Virus record (IMG/VR): IMGVR_UViG_3300016471_000568
From: an uncultured virus (IMG/VR IMGVR_UViG_3300016471_000568)
Lineage: Duplodnaviria; Heunggongvirae; Uroviricota; Caudoviricetes
Direction: 5' to 3' (one strand)
DNA length: 64,000 bases
Each line of letters begins with the position of its first letter. Within the stretch, counting starts at the first letter, position 1. The position numbers were made by a program, and so were the translations under genes. Of this stretch, positions 19,819 through 29,999 are shown in pieces. The notes beneath the pieces are model-generated. The model searched no databases. It saw only the letters and a program-made list of their open reading frames with translations, and was not told where the DNA came from.

Positions 19819-21141
19819 ATGATTGTGGATACTGAACAAGACGTACTAAGCACATTACAATACATACAAGGTCGCAAAACATTGTTGGTTCCAATATTTT
19901 GTAGTCCCACAATTCACGTAGCAGCAAATACGTTATGTGCCATATACATTTATACGGAAGATGCCGTGGAAAGAATGATTCCATTTCGGCATTCCGAACA
20001 ACTAAGGGGCTTTACTGCGCACGTCCCAAAGTTTTTGGCATTGCAGAATATCTTTGTTCACGACAAGAAGCAATGGCTTCAAACGGGAGGAAATGCTGCT
20101 GTATGGGATGTTAAGACATTGTGGTGGTATACTTATGGAGAAGCATATGATGAATCGCATTATCCAACCACTGCACATCAATTTTATTGGCGTCGACATA
20201 AATCGTTGCCAGCAGTAAATAGCATTGTTCCGTTGCAGCAACATTTAGCAATGTGTCAAAAGATTCGACACTATGCTTGGCCAATGTGCGTAAATGCAGA
20301 ATTAACGGAATCATATTTGCAATTCAATGCCACATATCCGGAGGTATTTGCGCAAATCGAATCTGCCGGATTAGCAGTCACCGATGCATTTCGTATGCCA
20401 GAATTGATTCATGCAGACCGCGTATATTCACAATACAATTATCACACAACAACAGGCCGTCCTAGTAATGCATTTGGAGGATTTAATTTTGCAGCAATGA
20501 ACAAAGAAGATGGCACCAGAGCTGCATTTTGTAGTCGGTTTGAACGAGGTGCATTGGTTGAAATGGACTTTGATTCATATCATGTTAGATTGATTGCTAC
20601 GGCTATTGGATACAAATTACCAGAATCATCCATACATGATTATTTAGGACGTTTTTATTTTGATACCACAGACTTAACTGAAGAACAACGTGCAGAAAGC
20701 AAAGCCATAACATTTCGATTGTTGTATGGAGGTATTGATGCTGAATTTTTATCCATTCCATTTTTTCGACAAGTCAATACGTTTGTATACATGTTATGGG
20801 ATACTTGGAAACGCGTTGGATGCATACAAACTCCAATAACGCGTCGAAGTATATGCAAAGATGCCGTGCAGAACATGACCGCATTCAAATTGTTTAATTA
20901 CTATTTGCAGGCCATTGAAACCGAAGTATCCGTAAAAAAATTGCAGCAAGTACAACGGTTATTACAAAACTATAATAGTTGCATCATACTTTATACATAT
21001 GACTCAATTTTATTTGATGTAGACTATGCAGAAGCCAAAGATCTTTTGCCTCAGCTTAAAAACATGTTAGAACAAGGCGGATTACCAGTTAAATGTAAAG
21101 TTGGCGATATTTATGATAAAATGAAAACTATTTCGTTATGA
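19819..21141 (+). CDS. Compact, divergent family A DNA polymerase-like protein
   Basis: TTTGRPS; motif A LVEMDFDSYHVRLI; motif B R...K..TF..LYG; motif C LYTYDSILFD; NY.LQ. About 440 aa. ATG at 19819 just after a -10 box. Confidence 0.8.
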   Translation: MIVDTEQDVLSTLQYIQGRKTLLVPIFCSPTIHVAANTLCAIYIYTEDAVERMIPFRHSEQLRGFTAHVPKFLALQNIFVHDKKQWLQTGGNAAVWDVKTLWWYTYGEAYDESHYPTTAHQFYWRRHKSLPAVNSIVPLQQHLAMCQKIRHYAWPMCVNAELTESYLQFNATYPEVFAQIESAGLAVTDAFRMPELIHADRVYSQYNYHTTTGRPSNAFGGFNFAAMNKEDGTRAAFCSRFERGALVEMDFDSYHVRLIATAIGYKLPESSIHDYLGRFYFDTTDLTEEQRAESKAITFRLLYGGIDAEFLSIPFFRQVNTFVYMLWDTWKRVGCIQTPITRRSICKDAVQNMTAFKLFNYYLQAIETEVSVKKLQQVQRLLQNYNSCIILYTYDSILFDVDYAEAKDLLPQLKNMLEQGGLPVKCKVGDIYDKMKTISL

Positions 21142-22211
21142 CAATCGATTCGATACTTACAGAATGGAGATACCGATTACCTGCAGGGTATCCTAAAACA
21201 GATTCCGATTATCATGTTTTATATGACATTATTTTAGAAATGACTACATTAACTCCTTTAGAAGCACAACATATTGTGTCTAAAGCAAAAGGTAACAACG
21301 TATTAACTGAAGATAAATTGCCACCATTCAATAATGCACAATCATTTGAGCAATACATAATGCAACGATTTGCAGTAGAAGGCCAACAAATTATTGGTCT
21401 ACGTGGAATGTATGATGCCATTATGTCTGATGCAAATTCAAATGAGCTTGTTGATGTTATTACCGGACCAATCAAAATGCAATTAGCTACCGGAGTAGTT
21501 CCAATACGAGGTATTCATGAAATATTGTATACTATTATTAAAGATACAATTAAAATACCAAATGGCGATGAATCCGAACTTTGGTTTGCTATTGCATATG
21601 GTGGATTAGTAAAAGGAGCCGTAGCAGGCGAATCGGGAATTGAAGCAGATATAGAAGTTGACGGACAAACGGTTTCGCTTAAAAATTACGAAAAAACTAC
21701 ATTTGATTTTGGGTCATTGCCAGCTGACGCCATTCAACTTTTAAATGGATTTTTAGAAATGGCTAAACTGCTTACGGGTACGGATATCAATAAATCAAAA
21801 GGCCGTGATAACATCAATCAAGTTTTAAATTTTTTAGATAATGAAAAAGTTGAATCAGATATTCGACGTATTATAAAATTGGGTACAGAAACAGATATTC
21901 CCATGTTTCAAAACATTGCAAAAAAATTGCAATCTTTTTATAATTTGGATGATAATTTAGACACAATGATTCATGCATTTTGTAACATCGTAGACAACAT
22001 GATTTCGCAAAAAATTCGCAGCGTCAAATGGTGGGGCATGATTATCAAATCAAATAAAACGTTATTCCTAGAATCATCAGAAGAATTAGAACCCATATTG
22101 ATGTGTCGCAATGATCGATTATCTCCGGCAATTGCAAACTTTCATCAAAACAAATTGTTTGTAATAGGTAGTCAATTGAATACTAAAGTAACAACAAAAT
22201 CACAGGACTAA
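21138..22211 (+). CDS. Hypothetical protein, possible PD-(D/E)XK restriction-like nuclease
   Basis: GDESE...EADIEVDGQTVSLKNY resembles an E...D...(S)xK catalytic core; late-type motif at 21107. Confidence 0.4.
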   Translation: MTIDSILTEWRYRLPAGYPKTDSDYHVLYDIILEMTTLTPLEAQHIVSKAKGNNVLTEDKLPPFNNAQSFEQYIMQRFAVEGQQIIGLRGMYDAIMSDANSNELVDVITGPIKMQLATGVVPIRGIHEILYTIIKDTIKIPNGDESELWFAIAYGGLVKGAVAGESGIEADIEVDGQTVSLKNYEKTTFDFGSLPADAIQLLNGFLEMAKLLTGTDINKSKGRDNINQVLNFLDNEKVESDIRRIIKLGTETDIPMFQNIAKKLQSFYNLDDNLDTMIHAFCNIVDNMISQKIRSVKWWGMIIKSNKTLFLESSEELEPILMCRNDRLSPAIANFHQNKLFVIGSQLNTKVTTKSQD

Positions 22212-22215
22212 TGCA

Positions 22216-22602
22216 TTGAAAACACAATTGCTTTGCACATTTGCACATCGATCAGATTTAAACATTGTAATCGAATACATACAACAAAATTACACGATAC
22301 CAGAACGCAGAATATTTGTATTTTCCAATGCCGAAGCAACGGATAATTTGTATTGTACATACAATGCAGACGCCGGTACGCAGCGCGGACAAAACACGAT
22401 AAGCATTCATCGCAAAAAAGAAACCAATACCTTGTATACAGTTAATGCACTTAATGAAGTTATCAAAACGGTAAATAACGGTGTTTTAGACAAAACATAT
22501 CGATTAGATTGGAGCAAATATCAAAACGCATTCATACTTACGGATGATGCCGGATATCGTGTTATTGATTTAATCTTCTACAAGAAATTTTCTTGGCGTT
22601 GA
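22216..22602 (+). CDS. Hypothetical protein
   Basis: TTG start; LLCTF and HRKKETNTLYTVNALN; phage-like codon usage. Confidence 0.6.
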   Translation: MKTQLLCTFAHRSDLNIVIEYIQQNYTIPERRIFVFSNAEATDNLYCTYNADAGTQRGQNTISIHRKKETNTLYTVNALNEVIKTVNNGVLDKTYRLDWSKYQNAFILTDDAGYRVIDLIFYKKFSWR

Positions 22603-22713
22603 TATTTATTTATATAAAGAATTTTAACAATTTACTTTGAATTAACACATTAATTAATTATAATTTAATTAATATTTTTATTTATTAACCACTTAAAGAA
22701 AAGGAATTAAACA

Positions 22714-23490
22714 ATGGCCTTGAATTTAGACGCTATCAAAGCGAAACTCAATCAGTTAAACAAATCTGATGACAAAAAACAAAATTTGTGGAAACCCGAA
22801 TCAGGAAAAACGCGAGTAAGAATTGTTCCTTACATTCATCGCAAAGAGAATCCATTTCTAGAATTGTATTTTCACTATGACATCGGAAAACGTTCCATGT
22901 TATCTCCAATTACATTTGGTAATGCAGATCCAATCGTTGAATTTGCTGAAAAACTAAAAAAAACAGGAGATAAAGAAGATTGGCTAATGGGTCGTAAAAT
23001 TGAACCTAAAATGCGTACTTATGTTCCCGTTATCGTCCGTGGCAAAGAATCAGAAGGTGTTAAATTTTGGGGCTTTGGCAAAACAATTTATACGGAATTG
23101 CTTTCAATAATTTCCGATCCAGATTATGGTGACATTACGGATTTAATGAATGGCCGAGACATCGATGTAGAATTTACTCCAGCAGAAGGCGGTGCATATC
23201 CTAAAACGGCAATTCGCGTTAAACCAAATACGCAACCAGCAACAGAAGACAAAGAAATTGCACAAAAAATCATGAATCAGCCCGAGATTACCGATTTATT
23301 TCCGGAACCAACATACGAAGAACTTGAAGCGGCATTGGCAGAATGGATGAATCCAGAAAATGCAGATTCAGATGTTGATTCAGAAAATGATGAAGAAGAA
23401 ACACCAGCACCAGCAAAAACTTCTAAACCTGCCGCTACTAAAAAAATTGATGATGTTGCATCTGCATTTGATGACTTATTCAACAATTAA
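22714..23490 (+). CDS. Single-stranded DNA-binding protein (gp32-like)
   Basis: WKP..GK..VRIVP, FWGFGK, DYGDITD...GRD; acidic tail ending FDDLFNN; upstream of recombinase. Confidence 0.8.
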   Translation: MALNLDAIKAKLNQLNKSDDKKQNLWKPESGKTRVRIVPYIHRKENPFLELYFHYDIGKRSMLSPITFGNADPIVEFAEKLKKTGDKEDWLMGRKIEPKMRTYVPVIVRGKESEGVKFWGFGKTIYTELLSIISDPDYGDITDLMNGRDIDVEFTPAEGGAYPKTAIRVKPNTQPATEDKEIAQKIMNQPEITDLFPEPTYEELEAALAEWMNPENADSDVDSENDEEETPAPAKTSKPAATKKIDDVASAFDDLFNN

Positions 23491-23503
23491 TTAAAGGTAT
23501 GTA

Positions 23504-24664
23504 ATGGCAAAAAGTAAAAGTAAACTGGAAATTGAAGATGCATTGGCATCAACATTAGCAGATAGCATCAACAAACAATTTAAAGGTCAAAATCTCAAAA
23601 CAGCATTCTTTTTAGATGGCGACGAAGATGCACCAAGCAATGTATCAGAATGGGTGTCATCTGGTTGTTCGATGCTTGATTTGGCAATTTCAAATCGAGC
23701 ACATGGAGGCTTTCCGGTTGGGCGAATTACTGAAATTACCGGATTAGAAGCTTCTGGTAAATCGTTATTGGCAGCACATACATTGGCAGAAACACAAAAG
23801 AAAGGTGGTTTAGCAGTATACATTGATACAGAAGCTGCAGTAAGTTCCGAGTTTCTTGCGGCTATTGGTGTTGATTTAAAAACAATGCTATACGTTCCAT
23901 TGGAAACAATTGAAGAAATTTTTGAAACAATTGAAACAATTGTAGAAGGAGTTCGCAAATCAGACAAAAATCGTTTAGTTACAATTGTAGTGGATTCAAT
24001 CATGGGTGCATCTACAAAAATTGAAATGTCAGCCGAATATGATAAGGATGGTTATGCAACAAGCAAATCAATCATTTTGTCAAAAGCAATGCGAAAAGTT
24101 ACTAATTGGATTGCAAGAGAACGTATTTGTCTTATATTTACCAATCAGCTTCGTACCAAAATGGGTGTATCTTTTGGTGACCAATGGACAACTGCAGGCG
24201 GCAAGGCAATTCCATTTCATGCTTCGGTTAGATTGCGTTTAAAAAACACTGGAATGATTAAAGCTAAAATTGCTGGGGTTGAACAAGTTGTGGGTAGTAA
24301 AACAGAAGTGCAAGTAGTTAAAAATCGTATGGGTCCTCCACATCGCAAAGTCAATTATGAAATTTACTATGATTCTGGAATTGATAATTTTGGTGGTTGG
24401 TTGAACATCATGAAAACATTTGATATTGTTAAACAATCAGGTGCATGGTATACTATGGAAGATGTAGATATAGAAACTGGCGAAGCACATGGCGAGTTCA
24501 AATTTCAGAGCAAAGATTTTGTGGAAAAGGTTATTTTAAACCCAGAAGCAAAAGAAAGGTTATATCAAAGAATATGCGATGCTTATATTTTCAAATATCA
24601 AGCTGGTGTTGATGGTGGAATTGATGATGTAATAGTCATAGATGAAACGTATGATGAAGAATAA
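23504..24664 (+). CDS. recA: RecA/UvsX recombinase
   Basis: GRITEITGLEASGKS Walker A, YIDTE, VVDS, NQLR, GGKAIPFHASVR, KNRMGPP. Confidence 0.95.
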   Translation: MAKSKSKLEIEDALASTLADSINKQFKGQNLKTAFFLDGDEDAPSNVSEWVSSGCSMLDLAISNRAHGGFPVGRITEITGLEASGKSLLAAHTLAETQKKGGLAVYIDTEAAVSSEFLAAIGVDLKTMLYVPLETIEEIFETIETIVEGVRKSDKNRLVTIVVDSIMGASTKIEMSAEYDKDGYATSKSIILSKAMRKVTNWIARERICLIFTNQLRTKMGVSFGDQWTTAGGKAIPFHASVRLRLKNTGMIKAKIAGVEQVVGSKTEVQVVKNRMGPPHRKVNYEIYYDSGIDNFGGWLNIMKTFDIVKQSGAWYTMEDVDIETGEAHGEFKFQSKDFVEKVILNPEAKERLYQRICDAYIFKYQAGVDGGIDDVIVIDETYDEE

Positions 24665-25709
24665 GTATCAACAATTATTCAAAGAGTTACAACAAGAAAA
24701 GAGTTCTAGTCCGTCAAGCATCAATGATCATCTCATGGTGTTTGACGGCTTGAACACGTTTATTCGAAGCTTCGGAGCAACACCTGCATATAATGAAGAT
24801 GGCGATCACATAGGAGGAATAACCGGATTTTTATATTCAGTTGGTAAAACCGTACGAGATTTTCGTCCAACGCGATGCATTATTGTTTTCGACGGCCGTG
24901 GAGGCTCTGCTCGAAGAAAACGAATCTATGGTGATTACAAAGCAAATAGAGCAAATAAAACTAAATTGCGACGTCATGATCATCATGAATCTACATTGGA
25001 ACAAGAACAAGAATCAATGCGACATCAATTTAGTCGTTTGATTTCATATCTAGATAATTTGCCAGTAACATTCATTTCAATGGATGGAATTGAAGCAGAT
25101 GATACAATTGCATATATTGCACAAATGTATGAAACGGAATGCAAAAAAATTACCATTGTATCTACGGATCGAGATTTTTATCAATTGGTTGATGGTCGCA
25201 TTCAAGTTTGGTCACCAATCAAAAAGAAAATGTATGATGTAGATGCAGTGCAACAAGAATTTGGAGTGCATCCTGCTAACATGGTTATTTATAGATCATT
25301 TACGGGGGATGTTTCGGATAATATTCCAGGTGTTAATGGAATAGGGCCAAAAACCATATTGAAACTTGTTCCAGAATTAGCTGATGCAACACCATATACA
25401 ACACAACAATTGTTTGATAAAAGCACGGCATTGCTCAAAGAATCTAAATCATATCAAAAGATTCTGGATAACAGTCACATCATTGAACAAAATTATCAAC
25501 TAATGAATATCAAACTACTTGATATTCCGGCACAAACTGCAACCAAAATTCGTGGCATCATGGAACAACCTATACCTGAATTAAATCGTAGTGAGTTTCA
25601 AAAATTATTTTATGAAGACAAGATGTGGGCTATCATGAAAAATTTACCGGATTGGTTGACTAATACATGGTTGTCTTTGAATGCATTTGCAAAACAAACA
25701 CATAAATAA
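24651..25709 (+). CDS. 5'-3' exonuclease / flap endonuclease (T4 RNase H-like)
   Basis: DGLN.FIR, VFDG, YKANR, EADD, STDRDF.QL, GD.SDNIPGV.GIGPKT. Confidence 0.92.
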   Translation: MMKNKYQQLFKELQQEKSSSPSSINDHLMVFDGLNTFIRSFGATPAYNEDGDHIGGITGFLYSVGKTVRDFRPTRCIIVFDGRGGSARRKRIYGDYKANRANKTKLRRHDHHESTLEQEQESMRHQFSRLISYLDNLPVTFISMDGIEADDTIAYIAQMYETECKKITIVSTDRDFYQLVDGRIQVWSPIKKKMYDVDAVQQEFGVHPANMVIYRSFTGDVSDNIPGVNGIGPKTILKLVPELADATPYTTQQLFDKSTALLKESKSYQKILDNSHIIEQNYQLMNIKLLDIPAQTATKIRGIMEQPIPELNRSEFQKLFYEDKMWAIMKNLPDWLTNTWLSLNAFAKQTHK

Positions 25710-25744
25710 TTTGATTTTAACATAGTTTTTTATATATTGGTTAT

Positions 25745-27100
25745 ATGACCGACCGATTATCAGAATACGGCTTTGGCTTTCAAGTAAAAGTTATAGCAGC
25801 ATTATTCACAGACCGAATATTTTTACAACAAATTGCAGACATAATACAAGCAGAGTATTTTGAATCTGATGCAAACAGTTGGCTGTTAGAAGTTGTATTG
25901 GAACATTTTCGACAATACAAAGCTCCGCCATCAAAAGATGTACTCAAAGTCAAAATAACAGAGATTGAAAATGACATCTTAAAAACTGCAGTGTTAGAAC
26001 AATTGAAAGAAGTATTTCGATACATGGAATCAGATGACCTTTCTTTTGTAAAAGATGAAATTCTTAAATTTTGCAAGAATCAGGAAATTAAACGAGCCAT
26101 AATGGATTCGGTTTCGTTGCTCAAAATGGGCAATTATGATGAAATTAAAACCAAAATGGATAGTGCCATGAAAGCTGGTGCTGATACGGATATTGGTTTA
26201 GATTATATCAACAATGTAGCTGCACGATACAATGAAGCTGCACGACATACAATTACTACGGGTTGGGATGTTATTGATGATTTAATGGATGGCGGCTTAG
26301 CTCCAGGAGAGTTGGGAGTAGTAATGGCTCCTGCTGGCATCGGCAAGTCCTGGATGCTTATCAATATTGGTGCCAATGCAGTTAAAGCTGGAAAAACCGT
26401 TATTCATTATACATTGGAACTCAATGAAAATTATGTAGGTCAACGATATGATTCAGTATTAACTGGAATCAACGCACAAACACTTAAACATCATCAAGAC
26501 ACGGTTGAAGAAAAAATGAAATCGCTGCAAGGCGAATTGATTGTTAAGTATTTTCCAACCAAATCGGTCGGCGTAATGGCGTTAAAGGCCCATGTTGAAA
26601 AAACCATTATGCAAAACAAAACACCAAATTTAATCATTGTAGATTACGGTGACTTGCTCAAAGTAAACACAAAAAAAGACAAACACGAAGCATTGGAAGA
26701 TTTATATGAAGAACTTCGTGGTATGGCAGGAGAATATAAAATACCAGTATGGACTGCATCGCAAGCAGGACGTAGTGCATTAGAAGAAGATGTCATTGAA
26801 GCAGACAAAATTGCATCATCATACGGAAAAGTAATGGTTGCTGATTTTTTGATGTCATTGTCAAGAAAAGTTGAAGACAAAATGTCCGGCACCGGTCGGG
26901 GGCATGTTATTAAAAACCGTTTTGGTCCAGATGGCATTACGTTGCCAAGCAAAATCAATACTAATAATGGACAATTTCAATTTTTTGAACCACAAACAAC
27001 TCAAGGCAAACAAACCACACAAATCATGAAAACAGGTGAAAATTTAGTCAAGAAAAATTTAGCACAAAAGTTTAAAGATTTGGGCGGGACTTTGGGATAA
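25745..27100 (+). CDS. dnaB: Replicative DnaB/gp41-like helicase
   Basis: GELGVVMAPAGIGKS, TLEL, IIVDYGDLL, WTASQ, KNRFGPDG. Confidence 0.92.
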   Translation: MTDRLSEYGFGFQVKVIAALFTDRIFLQQIADIIQAEYFESDANSWLLEVVLEHFRQYKAPPSKDVLKVKITEIENDILKTAVLEQLKEVFRYMESDDLSFVKDEILKFCKNQEIKRAIMDSVSLLKMGNYDEIKTKMDSAMKAGADTDIGLDYINNVAARYNEAARHTITTGWDVIDDLMDGGLAPGELGVVMAPAGIGKSWMLINIGANAVKAGKTVIHYTLELNENYVGQRYDSVLTGINAQTLKHHQDTVEEKMKSLQGELIVKYFPTKSVGVMALKAHVEKTIMQNKTPNLIIVDYGDLLKVNTKKDKHEALEDLYEELRGMAGEYKIPVWTASQAGRSALEEDVIEADKIASSYGKVMVADFLMSLSRKVEDKMSGTGRGHVIKNRFGPDGITLPSKINTNNGQFQFFEPQTTQGKQTTQIMKTGENLVKKNLAQKFKDLGGTLG

Positions 27101-27124
27101 AATGATATTTATATGAAAGAATAT

Positions 27125-27149
27125 GGGAAGGAGTTATCCTTCCTTTTTT
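27125..27149 (+). terminator. Rho-independent terminator between helicase and nrdJ
   Basis: GGAAGGA-GTTA-TCCTTCC followed by T6. Confidence 0.75.
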
Positions 27150-27194
27150 CGTCTTAAAGAATTATGTTATTAAAAACAAAGGAAACTTATAATC

Positions 27195-29051
27195 ATGGAA
27201 ATTTCAAATCAAATTTTAAGTGAAATTACCGTATACATGAAGTATGCAAAATATCTTCCCGAACTCAATCGCAGAGAATCTTGGAAAGAACTAGTTACTA
27301 GAAACATGAATATGCACATCAAAAAATATCCGGCTTTGCGAGAAGAAATTGAAATGGCATATCAATTTGTATACAACAAAAAAGTATTGCCATCAATGCG
27401 TAGTTTGCAGTTTGGCGGGAAACCAATTGAAATTGCACCCAATCGAATTTACAATTGTGCATATCTTCCTATAGATGATTATCGTGCCTTTTCTGAAGCA
27501 ATGTTTTTATTGTTAGGTGGTACAGGTGTTGGATATTCTGTGCAAAAACATCATGTTGATGCATTACCAGAAATTCACAAACCAAACCCAACAAAAAAAC
27601 GTCGTTATTTAATTGCCGATTCAATTGAAGGGTGGGCCGATGCGGTAAAAGTATTAATTAAATCGTATTTTGAAGGCGGCACAACATATTCATTTGATTT
27701 TTCAGATATTAGATCAAAAGGTGCCAGACTAGTAACATCGGGGGGAAAAGCACCCGGACCACAACCATTGAAAGAATGTTTGATTAAATTGCAAGGTATT
27801 TTAGATGCAAAAATAGACGGAGAAAAATTGCAACCAATTGAAGTGCATGACATGGTATGTCACATTGCAGATGCCGTATTAGCAGGCGGCATTCGTAGAG
27901 CAGCACTAATCAGTTTGTTTAATGCAAATGATGAAGAAATGATTGCATGTAAATCAGGTAATTGGTGGGAAACAAACCCACAACGAGGTCGAGCAAACAA
28001 CTCGGCGGTATTGATTCGTCACAAATTAACCAAAAAATTTTTCTTGGATTTATGGAAACGCGTTGAATTATCAAATGCAGGAGAACCTGGAATTTATTTA
28101 AGCAATGACAAAGATTGGGGAACCAATCCATGTTGCGAAATTGCACTTCGACCATTTCAATTTTGTAATCTATGTGAAGTAAACGCATCGGATATTGAAT
28201 CACAAGAAGATTTAAATGCTCGAGTACGTGCTGCTGCATTTATTGGAACACTGCAAGCAGGTTACACTGATTTTCATTACTTACGTCCAGTATGGAAACG
28301 CACAACTGAGAAAGATGCGTTAATTGGAGTATCAATGACGGGTATTGGTTCGGGAACGGTATTAGGTTGCAACATGAAAGAAGCTGCTAAAATTGTTAAA
28401 CAAGAAAATGAACGAGTAGCAGAACTTATTGGTATTAATCGTTCGGCTCGTACGACTACAGTTAAACCTGCAGGAACAACATCATTAACATTGGGTACAT
28501 CATCTGGTATTCATGCATGGCACAATGATTATTATGTAAGAAGAATCCGTGTTGGAAAAAACGAAGCCATTTACACATACTTAGCAGAATATCACCCAGA
28601 ACTTGTTGAAGATGAGTACTTCCGTCCACATGATACTGCAGTTATTTCAATTCCACAAAAGGCACCGCAAGGAGCTATTATGAGAACAGAATCTCCATTT
28701 CAATTATTGGATCGTATTAAAAAGGTTCATTTAGAATGGGTTAAACCAGGACATAGAAGTGGAAACAATACTCATAATGTATCTGCAACGGTTTCTTTGA
28801 AAGCAGACGAATGGGAATTGGCAGGAGAATGGATGTGGGAAAACAGAGACCATTACAACGGATTATCAGTATTACCATATGATGGAGGAACATATACACA
28901 GGCTCCATTTGAAGATTGTACTAAAGAACAATATGAATCTATGTTAGAATCATTAACAAATATCGATTTGACACAAGTAATTGAACTTGATGATAACACT
29001 GATTTATCAGGAGAATTAGCTTGTGCAGGCGGAGCTTGTGAGATAAAATAA
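27195..29051 (+). CDS. nrdJ: Class II (adenosylcobalamin-dependent, monomeric) ribonucleotide reductase
   Basis: PSMRSL, NCAY, RRAALI, GEPG, TNPCCEI, CNLCE, TTVKPAGT and C-terminal CAGGACE; no beta subunit adjacent. Confidence 0.9.
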   Translation: MEISNQILSEITVYMKYAKYLPELNRRESWKELVTRNMNMHIKKYPALREEIEMAYQFVYNKKVLPSMRSLQFGGKPIEIAPNRIYNCAYLPIDDYRAFSEAMFLLLGGTGVGYSVQKHHVDALPEIHKPNPTKKRRYLIADSIEGWADAVKVLIKSYFEGGTTYSFDFSDIRSKGARLVTSGGKAPGPQPLKECLIKLQGILDAKIDGEKLQPIEVHDMVCHIADAVLAGGIRRAALISLFNANDEEMIACKSGNWWETNPQRGRANNSAVLIRHKLTKKFFLDLWKRVELSNAGEPGIYLSNDKDWGTNPCCEIALRPFQFCNLCEVNASDIESQEDLNARVRAAAFIGTLQAGYTDFHYLRPVWKRTTEKDALIGVSMTGIGSGTVLGCNMKEAAKIVKQENERVAELIGINRSARTTTVKPAGTTSLTLGTSSGIHAWHNDYYVRRIRVGKNEAIYTYLAEYHPELVEDEYFRPHDTAVISIPQKAPQGAIMRTESPFQLLDRIKKVHLEWVKPGHRSGNNTHNVSATVSLKADEWELAGEWMWENRDHYNGLSVLPYDGGTYTQAPFEDCTKEQYESMLESLTNIDLTQVIELDDNTDLSGELACAGGACEIK

Positions 29052-29269
29052 TGATACAATCAGCTTCGAAAGATTGGATACAACAACAGTTTGTGAAGGA
29101 GTTTGGAAGCAAGCTCCTTCCTACAGACTTTTACTACAATGAAAGTGGTCTTCGAGTAATGACTGAATCATATCACAAACGAAGAGGTACTTGTTGTGGA
29201 AATGGTTGTCGTCATTGTCCGTATGAGCCGCAACATGAAAAAGGTGTAAAAATTTTGAAAACTCAATAA
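29051..29269 (+). CDS. Small Cys-rich protein (DUF5522-like)
   Basis: DFYY...V.TE.YH.RRG.CCGNGCRHCPY. Confidence 0.7.
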   Translation: MIQSASKDWIQQQFVKEFGSKLLPTDFYYNESGLRVMTESYHKRRGTCCGNGCRHCPYEPQHEKGVKILKTQ

Positions 29270-29299
29270 AATATATTATATTAAGAATAATATTAAGTT

Positions 29300-29998
29300 A
29301 TGACAAAAAAACAAAGAAATAATTTAGAATTAGTTAAAGCTGGTTTTGCTAACGGAATTTCAACGCAATTAGCAACTAAACAAGCAATATATGGGCCAAA
29401 TGCTCAATTAACTAAAGAAGAAAAAGAAATAATTATCGAACAAGCTGCTTATTATTATGGTCAGTTTTTAGATGCATTAGGTGTTAATTGGGTCGAAGAT
29501 CCAAATTCTGCAGATACACCTCGCAGAGTTGCAAAAGCATATGTTAATGATTTATGGGCAGGTCGATACAATCCGATGTCTGGAATCACAGCATTTCCTA
29601 GTGACGGATACGATGGCATCGTATTTGAAGGAGGTATTCCATTAACTTCAATGTGTTCACATCATCATCAGACCATTATGGGAAATGTGCATGTTGCATA
29701 TATTCCAGGTGAGAATAGCAATGTTATTGGTTTAAGTAAATTGAATCGAGTCGTAGAACATTTTGGTAGAAGGGGTGCAATTCAAGAACAATTAACAGTA
29801 GCAATTCATCACGCTATTGATGAGCTTATTGAACGTAATAAAGGTGTTGCAGTAATGATTGAAGCAACTCATAATTGTGTGCAATGTAGAGGCGTTAAGC
29901 ATGGCGGAGCTTCAATGAAAACGGCAAAGCTATCTGGGGCATTCTTAAATGATGGCAATGCTCGTTCAGAATTTTATGAATTTGTAAAAGGTTATTAA
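29300..29998 (+). CDS. folE: GTP cyclohydrolase I
   Basis: DTPRRVAK, SMCSHH, GLSKLNR, IQEQLT, HNCVQCRGV. Confidence 0.95.
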   Translation: MTKKQRNNLELVKAGFANGISTQLATKQAIYGPNAQLTKEEKEIIIEQAAYYYGQFLDALGVNWVEDPNSADTPRRVAKAYVNDLWAGRYNPMSGITAFPSDGYDGIVFEGGIPLTSMCSHHHQTIMGNVHVAYIPGENSNVIGLSKLNRVVEHFGRRGAIQEQLTVAIHHAIDELIERNKGVAVMIEATHNCVQCRGVKHGGASMKTAKLSGAFLNDGNARSEFYEFVKGY

Positions 29999-29999
29999 T

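Noticed and set aside
27101..27194. Cobalamin riboswitch upstream of B12-dependent nrdJ
   Set aside because: Only ~94 nt, AT-rich, with a single hairpin; too small and no full B12-box architecture.
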